In this document: positions 38,938 through 50,900 of the stretch, piece by piece
Layout of the letters: every line of letters starts with the position of its first letter
Numbering within the stretch: position 1 is the stretch's first letter
Assembly: GCF_009914755.1 (NCBI RefSeq)
Contig: NC_060931.1
Direction: 5' to 3' (one strand)
DNA length: 64,000 bases
DNA from: the human T2T-CHM13v2.0 reference genome, Homo sapiens
Notes under the pieces: model-generated
What the model was told of the DNA's origin: nothing
The model's database searches: none
What the model saw: only the letters and a program-made list of their open reading frames with translations
Translations under genes and position numbers: made by a program

Positions 38938-41900
38938 GAATTCTCAGTAAATTCTTTGTGTTGTGTGCATTCAACTCACAGAGTGGAACGTCCCTTTAGA
39001 CAGAGCAGATTTGAAACACTCTTTTTGCGGAATTTGCAAGTGGAGATTTCTAGCCATTTGATGCCAACAGTAGAAAGGGAAATATCTTCAAATAAAAACC
39101 AGACAGAATCATTCTCAGAAAATTCTTTGTGATGTGTGCGTTCAACTCACATAGTTTAACCTTTCTTTTCATAGAGCAGTTTGGAAACACTCTGTTTGTA
39201 AAGTCTGCAAGTGGATATATGGACCGCATTGAGGCCTTCGTTGGAAACGGGATTTCTTCATTTCATGCTAGACAGAAGAATTCTCAGTAACTTCTTTGTG
39301 CTGTGTGTATTCAACTCACAGAGTGGAACGTCCCTTTGCACAGAGCAGATTTGAAACACTCTTTTTGTGGAGTTTGCAAGTGGAGATTTCAAGCGATTTG
39401 ATGCCAACAGTAGAAAAGGAAATATCTTCAAATAAAAACTAGACAGAATCATTCTCAGAAACTACTTTGTGATGTGTGCCTTCAACTCACAGAGTTCAAC
39501 CTTTCTTTTCTTAGAGCAGTTTAGAAACACTCTGCTTGTTATGTCTGCAAGTGGATATTTGGACCTCTTTGAGGCCTTCGTTGCAAACGGGGTTTCTTCC
39601 TTTCATGCTAGACTAAGAAGAGTTCTCAGTAACTTTTTTGTGTTGTGTGTATTCAACTCACAGAGTTGAACCTTGCTTTAGAGAGAGCAGATTTGAAACA
39701 CTCTTGCTGTGGCATTTTCAGGTGGAGATTTCAAGCGATTTGAGGACAATTGCAGAAAAGGAAATATCTTCGTATAACAACCAGACAGAATCATTCTCAG
39801 AAAGTGCTTTGTGATGTGTGCGTTCAACTCACAGAGTTTAACCTTTCTTTTCATAGAGGAGTTTGGAAACACACTGTTTGTAAAGTCTGCAAGTGGATAC
39901 ATGGACCTGTTTGAGGCCTTCGTTGGAAACGGGATTTCTTCATTGAATGCTAGACGGAAGAATTCTCAGTAAATTCTTTGTGTTGTGTGCATTCAACTCA
40001 CAGAGTGGAACGTCCCTTTAGACAGAGCAGATTTGAAACACTCTTTTTGCGGAATTTGCAAGTGGAGATTTCTAGCCATTTGATGCCAACAGTAGAAAGG
40101 GAAATATCTTCAAATAAAAACCAGACAGAATCATTCTCAGAAAATTCTTTGTGTTGTGGGCGTTCAACTCACATAGTTTAACCTTTCTTTTCATAGAGCA
40201 GTTTGGAAACACTCTGTTTGTAAAGTCTGCAAGTGGATATATGGACCGCATTGAGGCCTTCGTTGGAAACGGGATTTCTTCATTTCATGCTAGACAGAAG
40301 AATTCTCAGTAACTTCTTTGTGCTGTGTGTATTCAACTCACAGAGTGGAACGTCCCTTTGCACAGAGCAGATTTGAAACACTCTTTTTGTGGAGTTTGCA
40401 AGTGGAGATTTCAAGCGATTTGATGCCAACAGTAGAAAAGGAAATATCTTCAAATAAAAACTAGACAGAATCATTCTCAGAAACTACTTTGTGATGTGTG
40501 CCTTCAACTCACAGAGTTTAACCTTTCTTTTCTTAGAGCAGTTTAGAAACACTCTGCTTGTTATGTCTGCAAGTGGATATTTGGACCTCTTTGAGGCCTT
40601 CGTTGCAAACGGGGTTTCTTCCTTTCATGCTAGACTAAGAAGAGTTCTCAGTAACTTTTTTGTGTTGTGTGTATTCATCTCACAGAGTTGAACCTTGCTT
40701 TAGAGAGAGCAGATTTGAAACACTCTTGCTGTGGCATTTTCAGGTGGAGATTTCAAGCGATTTGAGGACAATTGCAGAAAAGGAAATATCTTCGTATAAT
40801 AACCAGACAGAATCATTCTCAGAAAGTGCTTTGTGATGTGTGCGTTCAACTCACAGAGTTTAACCTTTCTTTTCATAGAGGAGTTTGGAAACACAGTTTG
40901 TAAAGTCTGCAAGTGGATATATGGACCTGTTTGAGGCCTTCGTTGGAAACGGGATTTCTTCATTGAATGCTAGACGGAAGAATTCTCAGTAAATTCTTTG
41001 TGTTGTGTGCATTCAACTCACAGAGTGGAACGTCCCTTTAGACAGAGCAGATTTGAAACACTCTTTTTGCGGAATTTGCAAGTGGAGATTTCTAGCCATT
41101 TGATGCCAACAGTAGAAAGGGAAATATCTTCAAATAAAAACCAGACAGAATCATTCTCAGAAAATTCTTTGTGATGTGTGCGTTCAACTCACATAGTTTA
41201 ACCTTTCTTTTCATAGAGCAGTTTGGAAACACTCTGTTTGTAAAGTCTGCAAGTGGATATATGGACCGCATTGAGGCCTTCGTTGGAAACGGGATTTCTT
41301 CATTTCATGCTAGACAGAAGAATTCTCAGTAACTTCTTTGTGCTGTGTGTATTCAACTCACAGAGTGGAACGTCCCTTTGCACAGAGCAGATTTGAAACA
41401 CTCTTTTTGTGGAGTTTGCAAGTGGAGATTTCAAGCGATTTGATGCCTACAGTAGAAAAGGAAATATCTTCAAATAAAAACTAGACAGAATCATTCTCAG
41501 AAACTACTTTGTGATGTGTGCCTTCAACTCACAGAGTTTAACCTTTCTTTTCTTAGAGCCGTTTAGAAACACTGCTTGTTATGTCTGCAAGTGGATATTT
41601 GGACCTCTTTGAGGCCTTCGTTGCAAACGGGGTTTCTTCCTTTCATGCTAGACTAAGAAGAGTTCTCAGTAACTTTTTTGTGTTGTGTGTATTCAACTCA
41701 CAGAGTTGAACCTTGCTTTAGAGAGAGCAGATTTGAAACACTCTTGCTGTGGCATTTTCAGGTGGAGATTTCAAGCGATTTGAGGACAATTGCAGAAAAG
41801 GAAATATCTTCGTATAATAACCAGACAGAATCATTCTCAGAAAGTGCTTTGTGATGTGTGCGTTCAACTCACAGAGTTTAACCTTTCTTTTCATAGAGGA

Positions 41901-44900
41901 GTTTGGAAACACACTGTTTGTAAAGTCTGCAAGTGGATACATGGACCTGTTTGAGGCCTTCGTTGGAAACGGGATTTCTTCATTGAATGCTAGACGGAAG
42001 AATTCTCAGTAAATTCTTTGTGTTGTGTGCATTCAACTCACAGAGTGGAACGTCCCTTTAGACAGAGCAGATTTGAAACACTCTTTTTGCGGAATTTGCA
42101 AGTGGAGATTTCTAGCCATTTGATGCCAACAGTAGAAAGGGAAATATCTTCAAATAAAAACCAGACAGAATCATTCTCAGAAAATTCTTTGTGATGTGTG
42201 CGTTCAACTCACATAGTTTAACCTTTCTTTTCATAGAGCAGTTTGGAAACACTCTGTTTGTAAAGTCTGCAAGTGGATATATGGACCGCATTGAGGCCTT
42301 CGTTGGAAACGGGATTTCTTCATTTCATGCTAGACAGAAGAATTCTCAGTAACTTCTTTGTGCTGTGTGTATTCAACTCACAGAGTGGAACGTCCCTTTG
42401 CACAGAGCAGATTTGAAACACTCTTTTTGTGGAGTTTGCAAGTGGAGATTTCAAGCGATTTGATGCCAACAGTAGAAAAGGAAATATCTTCAAATAAAAA
42501 CTAGACAGAATCATTCTCAGAAACTACTTTGTGATGTGTGCCTTCAACTCACAGAGTTTAACCTTTCTTTTCTTAGAGCAGTTTAGAAACACTCTGCTTG
42601 TTATGTCTGCAAGCGGATATTTGGACCTCTTTGAGGCCTTCGTTGCAAACGGGGTTTCTTCCTTTCATGCTAGACTAAGAAGAGTTCTCAGTAACTTTTT
42701 TGTGTTGTGTGTATTCAACTCACAGAGTTGAACCTTGCTTTAGAGAGAGCAGATTTGAAACACTCTTGCTGTGGCATTTTCAGGTGGAGATTTCAAGCGA
42801 TTTGAGGACAATTGCAGAAAAGGAAATATCTTCGTATAATAACCAGACAGAATCATTCTCAGAAAGTGCTTTGTGATGTGTGCGTTCAACTCACAGAGTT
42901 TAACCTTTCTTTTCATAGAGGAGTTTGGAAACACACTGTTTGTAAAGTCTGCAAGTGGATATATGGACCTGTTTGAGGCCTTCGTTGGAAACGGGATTTC
43001 TTCATTGAATGCTAGACGGAAGAATTCTCAGTAAATTCTTTGTGTTGTGTGCATTCAACTCACAGAGTGGAACGTCCCTTTAGACAGAGCAGATTTGAAA
43101 CACTCTTTTTGCGGAATTTGCAAGTGGAGATTTCTAGCCATTTGATGCCAACAGTAGAAAGGGAAATATCTTCAAATAAAAACCAGACAGAATCATTCTC
43201 AGAAAATTCTTTGTGATGTGTGCGTTCAACTCACATAGTTTAACCTTTCTTTTCATAGAGCAGTTTGGAAACACTCTGTTTGTAAAGTCTGCAAGTGGAT
43301 ATATGGACCGCATTGAGGCCTTCGTTGGAAACGGGATTTCTTCATTTCATGCTAGACAGAAGAATTCTCAGTAACTTCTTTGTGCTGTGTGTATTCAACT
43401 CACAGAGTGGAACGTCCCTTTGCACAGAGGAGATTTGAAACACTCTTTTTGTGGAGTTTGCAAGTGGAGATTTCAAGCGATTTGATGCCAACAGTAGAAA
43501 AGGAAATATCTTCAAATAAAAACTAGACAGAATCATTCTCAGAAACTACTTTGTGATGTGTGCCTTCAACTCACAGAGTTTAACCTTTCTTTTCTTAGAG
43601 CAGTTTAGAAACACTCTGCTTGTTATGTCTGCAAGTGGATATTTGGACCTCTTTGAGGCCTTCGTTGCAAACGGGGTTTCTTCCTTTCATGCTAGACTAA
43701 GAAGAGTTCTCAGTAACTTTTTTGTGTTGTGTGTATTCAACTCACAGAGTTGAACCTTGCTTTAGAGAGAGCAGATTTGAAACACTCTTGCTGTGGCATT
43801 TTCAGGTGGAGATTTCAAGCGATTTGAGGACAATTGCAGAAAAGGAAATATCTTCGTATAATAACCAGACAGAATCATTCTCAGAAAGTGCTTTGTGATG
43901 TGTGCGTTCAACTCACAGAGTTTAACCTTTCTTTTCATAGAGGAGTTTGGAAACACACTGTTTGTAAAGTCTGCAAGTGGATATATGGACCTGTTTGAGG
44001 CCTTCGTTGGAAACGGGATTTCTTCATTGAATGCTAGACGGAAGAATTCTCAGTAAATTCTTTGTGTTGTGTGCATTCAACTCACAGAGTGGAACGTCCC
44101 TTTAGACAGAGCAGATTTGAAACACTCTTTTTGCGGAATTTGCAAGTGGAGATTTCTAGCCATTTGATGCCAACAGTAGAAAGGGAAATATCTTCAAATA
44201 AAAACCAGACAGAATCATTCTCAGAAAATTCTTTGTGATGTGTGCGTTCAACTCACATAGTTTAACCTTTCTTTTCATAGAGCAGTTTGGAAACACTCTG
44301 TTTGTAAAGTCTGCAAGTGGATATATGGACCGCATTGAGGCCTTCGTTGGAAACGGGATTTCTTCATTTCATGCTAGACAGAAGAATTATCAGTAACTTC
44401 TTTGTGCTGTGTGTATTCAACTCACAGAGTGGAACGTCCCTTTGCACAGAGCAGATTTGAAACACTCTTTTTGTGGAGTTTGCAAGTGGAGATTTCAAGC
44501 GATTTGATGCCAACAGTAGAAAAGGAAATATCTTCAAATAAAAACTAGACAGAATCATTCTCAGAAACTACTTTGTGATGTGTGCCTTCAACTCACAGAG
44601 TTCAACCTTTCTTTTCTTAGAGCAGTTTAGAAACACTCTGCTTGTTATGTCTGCAAGTGGATATTTGGACCTCTTTGAGGCCTTCGTTGCAAACGTGGTT
44701 TCTTCCTTTCATGCTAGACTAAGAAGAGTTCTCAGTAACTTTTTTGTGTTGTGTGTATTCAACTCACAGAGTTGAACCTTGCTTTAGAGAGAGCAGATTT
44801 GAAACACTCTTGCTGTGGCATTTTCAGGTGGAGATTTCAAGCGATTTGAGGACAATTGCAGAAAAGGAAATATCTTCGTATAATAACCAGACAGAATCAT

Positions 44901-47900
44901 TCTCAGAAAGTGCTTTGTGATGTGTGCGTTCAACTCACAGAGTTTAACCTTTCTTTTCATAGAGGAGTTTGGAAACACACTGTTTGTAAAGTCTGCAAGT
45001 GGATATATGGACCTGTTTGAGGCCTTCGTTGGAAACGGGATTTCTTCATTGAATGCTAGACGGAAGAATTCTCAGTAAATTCTTTGTGTTGTGTGCATTC
45101 AACTCACAGAGTGGAACGTCCCTTTAGACAGAGCAGATTTGAAACACTCTTTTTGCGGAATTTGCAAGTGGAGATTTCTAGCCATTTGATGCCAACAGTA
45201 GAAAGGGAAATATCTTCAAATAAAAACCAGACAGAATCATTCTCAGAAAATTCTTTGTGATGTGTGCGTTCAACTCACATAGTTTAACCTTTCTTTTCAT
45301 AGAGCAGTTTGGAAACACTCTGTTTGTAAAGTCTGCAAGTGGATATATGGACCGCATTGAGGCCTTCGTTGGAAACGGGATTTCTTCATTTCATGCTAGA
45401 CAGAAGAATTCTCAGTAACTTCTTTGTGCTGTGTGTATTCAACTCACAGAGTGGAACGTCCCTTTGCACAGAGCAGATTTGAAACACTCTTTTTGTGGAG
45501 TTTGCCAGTGGAGATTTCAAGCGATTTGATGCCAACAGTAGAAAAGGAAATATCTTCAAATAAAAACTAGACAGAATCATTCTCAGAAACTACTTTGTGA
45601 TGTGTGCCTTCAACTCACAGAGTTCAACCTTTCTTTTCTTAGAGCAGTTTAGAAACACTCTGCTTGTTATGTCTGCAAGTGGATATTTGGACCTCTTTGA
45701 GGCCTTCGTTGCAAACGGGGTTTCTTCCTTTCATGCTAGACTAAGAAGAGTTCTCAGTAACTTTTTTGTGTTGTGTGTATTCAACTCACAGAGTTGAACC
45801 TTGCTTTAGAGAGAGCAGATTTGAAACACTCTTGCTGTGGCATTTTCAGGTGGAGATTTCAAGCGATTTGAGGACAATTGCAGAAAAGGAAATATCTTCG
45901 TATAATAACCAGACAGAATCATTCTCAGAAAGTGCTTTGTGATGTGTGCGTTCAACTCACAGAGTTTAACCTTTCTTTTCATAGAGGAGTTTGGAAACAC
46001 ACTGTTTGTAAAGTCTGCAAGTGGATACATGGACCTGTTTGAGGCCTTCGTTGGAAACGGGATTTCTTCATTGAATGCTAGACGGAAGAATTCTCAGTAA
46101 ATTCTTTGTGTTGTGTGCATTCAACTCACAGAGTGGAACGTCCCTTTAGACACAGCAGATTTGAAACACTCTTTTTGCGGAATTTGCAAGTGGAGATTTC
46201 TAGCCATTTGATGCCAACAGTAGAAAGGGAAATATCTTCAAATAAAAACCAGACAGAATCATTCTCAGAAAATTCTTTGTGATGTGTGCGTTCAACTCAC
46301 ATAGTTTAACCTTTCTTTTCATAGAGCAGTTTGGAAACACTCTGTTTGTAAAGTCTGCAAGTGGATATATGGACCGCATTGAGGCCTTCGTTGGAAACGG
46401 GATTTCTTCATTTCATGCTAGACAGAAGAATTCTCAGTAACTTCTTTGTGCTGTGTGTATTCAACTCACAGAGTGGAACGTCCCTTTGCACAGAGCAGAT
46501 TTGAAACACTCTTTTTGTGGAGTTTGCAAGTGGAGATTTCAAGCGATTTGATGCCAACAGTAGAAAAGGAAATATCTTCAAATAAAAACTAGACAGAATC
46601 ATTCTCAGAAACTACTTTGTGATGTGTGCCTTCAACTCACAGAGTTCAACCTTTCTTTTCTTAGAGCAGTTTAGAAACACTCTGCTTGTTATGTCTGCAA
46701 GTGGATATTTGGACCTCTTTGAGGCCTTCGTTGCAAACGGGGTTTCTTCCTTTCATGCTAGACTAAGAAGAGTTCTCAGTAACTTTTTTGTGTTGTGTGT
46801 ATTCAACTCACAGAGTTGAACCTTGCTTTAGAGAGAGCAGATTTGAAACACTCTTGCTGTGGCATTTTCAGGTGGAGATTTCAAGCGATTTGAGGACAAT
46901 TGCAGAAAAGGAAATATCTTCGTATAATAACCAGACAGAATCATTCTCAGAAAGTGCTTTGTGATGTGTGCGTTCAACTCACAGAGTTTAACCTTTCTTT
47001 TCATAGAGGAGTTTGGAAACACACTGTTTGTAAAGTCTGCAAGTGGATACATGGACCTGTTTGAGGCCTTCGTTGGAAACGGGATTTCTTCATTGAATGC
47101 TAGACGGAAGAATTCTCAGTAAATTCTTTGTGTTGTGTGCATTCAACTCACAGAGTGGAACGTCCCTTTAGACAGAGCAGATTTGAAACACTCTTTTTGC
47201 GGAATTTGCAAGTGGAGATTTCTAGCCATTTGATGCCAACAGTAGAAAGGGAAATATCTTCAAATAAAAACCAGACAGAATCATTCTCAGAAAATTCTTT
47301 GTGATGTGTGCGTTCAACTCACATAGTTTAACCTTTCTTTTCATAGAGCAGTTTGGAAACACTCTGTTTGTAAAGTCTGCAAGTGGATATATGGACCGCA
47401 TTGAGGCCTTCGTTGGAAACGGGATTTCTTCATTTCATGCTAGACAGAAGAATTCTCAGTAACTTCTTTGTGCTGTGTGTATTCAACTCACAGAGTGGAA
47501 CGTCCCTTTGCACAGAGCAGATTTGAAACACTCTTTTTGTGGAGTTTGCAAGTGGAGATTTCAAGCGATTTGATGCCAACAGTAGAAAAGGAAATATCTT
47601 CAAATAAAAACTAGACAGAATCATTCTCAGAAACTACTTTGTGATGTGTGCCTTCAACTCACAGAGTTCAACCTTTCTTTTCTTAGAGCAGTTTAGAAAC
47701 ACTCTGCTTGTTATGTCTGCAAGTGGATATTTGGACCTCTTTGAGGCCTTCGTTGCAAACGGGGTTTCTTCCTTTCATGCTAGACTAAGAAGAGTTCTCA
47801 GTAACTTTTTTGTGTTGTGTGTATTCAACTCACAGAGTTGAACCTTGCTTTAGAGAGAGCAGATTTGAAACACTCTTGCTGTGGCATTTTCAGGTGGAGA

Positions 47901-50900
47901 TTTCAAGCGATTTGAGGACAATTGCAGAAAAGGAAATATCTTCGTATAATAACCAGACAGAATCATTCTCAGAAAGTGCTTTGTGATGTGTGCGTTCAAC
48001 TCACAGAGTTTAACCTTTCTTTTCATAGAGGAGTTTGGAAACACACTGTTTGTAAAGACTGCAAGTGGATATATGGACCTGTTTGAGGCCTTCGTTGGAA
48101 ACGGGATTTCTTCATTGAATGTTAGACGGAAGAATTCTCAGTAAATTCTTTGTGTTGTGTGCATTCAACTCACAGAGTGGAACGTCCCTTTAGACACAGC
48201 AGATTTGAAACAATCTTTTTGCGGAATTTGCAAGTGGAGATTTCTAGCCATTTGATGCCAACAGTAGAAAGGGAAATATCTTCAAATAAAAACCAGACAG
48301 AATCATTCTCAGAAAATTCTTTGTGATGTGTGCGTTCAACTCACATAGTTTAACCTTTCTTTTCATAGAGCAGTTTGGAAACACTCTGTTTGTAAAGTCT
48401 GCAAGTGGATATATGGACCGCATTGAGGCCTTCGTTGGAAACGGGATTTCTTCATTTCATGCTAGACAGAAGAATTCTCAGTAACTTCTTTGTGCTGTGT
48501 GTATTCAACTCACAGAGTGGAACGTCCCTTTGCACAGAGCAGATTTGAAACACTCTTTTTGTGGAGTTTGCAAGTGGAGATTTCAAGCGATTTGATGCCA
48601 ACAGTAGAAAAGGAAATATCTTCAAATAAAAACTAGACAGAATCATTCTCAGAAACTACTTTGTGATGTGTGCCTTCAACTCACAGAGTTCAACCTTTCT
48701 TTTCTTAGAGCAGTTTAGAAACACTCTGCTTGTTATGTCTGCAAGTGGATATTTGGACCTCTTTGAGGCCTTCGTTGCAAACGGGGTTTCTTCCTTTCAT
48801 GCTAGACTAAGATGAGTTCTCAGTAACTTTTTTGTGTTGTGTGTATTCAACTCACAGAGTTGAACCTTGCTTTAGAGAGAGCAGATTTGAAACACTCTTG
48901 CTGTGGCATTTTCAGGTGGAGATTTCAAGCGATTTGAGGACAATTGCAGAAAAGTAAATATCTTCGTATAATAACCAGACAGAATCATTCTCAGAAAGTG
49001 CTTTGTGATGTGTGCGTTCAACTCACAGAGTTTAACCTTTCTTTTCATAGAGGAGTTTGGAAACACACTGTTTGTAAAGTCTGCAAGTGGATACATGGAC
49101 CTGTTTGAGGCCTTCGTTGGAAACGGGATTTCTTCATTGAATGCTAGACGGAAGAATTCTCAGTAAATTCTTTGTGTTGTGTGCATTCAACTCACAGAGT
49201 GGAACGTCCCTTTAGACAGAGCAGATTTGAAACACTCTTTTTGCGGAATTTGCAAGTGGAGATTTCTAGCCATTTGATGCCAACAGTAGAAAGGGAAATA
49301 TCTTCAAATAAAAACCAGACAGAATCATTCTCAGAAAATTCTTTGTGATGTGTGCGTTCAACTCACATAGTTTAACCTTTCTTTTCATAGAGCAGTTTGG
49401 AAACACTCTGTTTGTAAAGTCTGCAAGTGGATATATGGACCGCATTGAGGCCTTCGTTGGAAACGGGATTTCTTCATTTCATGCTAGACAGAAGAATTCT
49501 CAGTAACTTCTTTGTGCTGTGTGTATTCAACTCACAGAGTGGAACGTCCCTTTGCACAGAGCAGATTTGAAACACTCTTTTTGTGGAGTTTGCAAGTGGA
49601 GATTTCAAGCGATTTGATGCCAACAGTAGAAAAGGAAATATCTTCAAATAAAAACTAGACAGAATCATTCTCAGAAACTACTTTGTGATGTGTGCCTTCA
49701 ACTCACAGAGTTCAACCTTTCTTTTCTTAGAGCAGTTTAGAAACACTCTGCTTGTTATGTCTGCAAGTGGATATTTGGACCTCTTTGAGGCCTTCGTTGC
49801 AAACGGGGTTTCTTCCTTTCATGCTAGACTAAGAAGAGTTCTCAGTAACTTTTTTGTGTTGTGTGTATTCAACTCACAGAGTTGAACCTTGCTTTAGAGA
49901 GAGCAGATTTGAAACACTCTTGCTGTGGCATTTTCAGGTGGAGATTTCAAGCGATTTGAGGACAATTGCAGAAAAGGAAATATCTTCGTATAATAACCAG
50001 ACAGAATCATTCTCAGAAAGTGCTTTGTGATGTGTGCGTTCAACTCACAGAGTTTAACCTTTCTTTTCATAGAGGAGTTTGGAAACACACTGTTTGTAAA
50101 GTCTGCAAGTGGATACATGGACCTGTTTGAGGCCTTCGTTGGAAACGGGATTTCTTCATTGAATGCTAGACGGAAGAATTCTCAGTAAATTCTTTGTGTT
50201 GTGTGCATTCAACTCACAGAGTGGAACGTCCCTTTAGACAGAGCAGATTTGAAACACTCTTTTTGCGGAATTTGCAAGTGGAGATTTCTAGCCATTTGAT
50301 GCCAACAGTAGAAAGGGAAATATCTTCAAATAAAAACCAGACAGAATCATTCTCAGAAAATTCTTTGTGATGTGTGCGTTCAACTCACATAGTTTAACCT
50401 TTCTTTTCATAGAGCAGTTTGGAAACACTCTGTTTGTAAAGTCTGCAAGTGGATATATGGACCGCATTGAGGCCTTCGTTGGAAACGGGATTTCTTCATT
50501 TCATGCTAGACAGAAGAATTCTCAGTAACTTCTTTGTGCTGTGTGTATTCAACTCACAGAGTGGAACGTCCCTTTGCACAGAGCAGATTTGAAACACTCT
50601 TTTTGTGGAGTTTGCAAGTGGAGATTTCAAGCGATTTGATGCCAACAGTAGAAAAGGAAATATCTTCAAATAAAAACTAGACAGAATCATTCTCAGAAAC
50701 TACTTTGTGATGTGTGCCTTCAACTCACAGAGTTTAACCTTTCTTTTCTTAGAGCAGTTTAGAAACACTCTGCTTGTTATGTCTGCAAGCGGATATTTGG
50801 ACCTCTTTGAGGCCTTCGTTGCAAACGGGGTTTCTTCCTTTCATGCTAGACTAAGAAGAGTTCTCAGTAACTTTTTTGTGTTGTGTGTATTCAACTCACA

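Noticed and set aside
44384-44389. Loss of an EcoRI site (GAATTC->GAATTA) and other singleton SNVs such as 54011 and 60854
   Set aside because: These are isolated point changes with no structural consequence, expected background in a HOR array.
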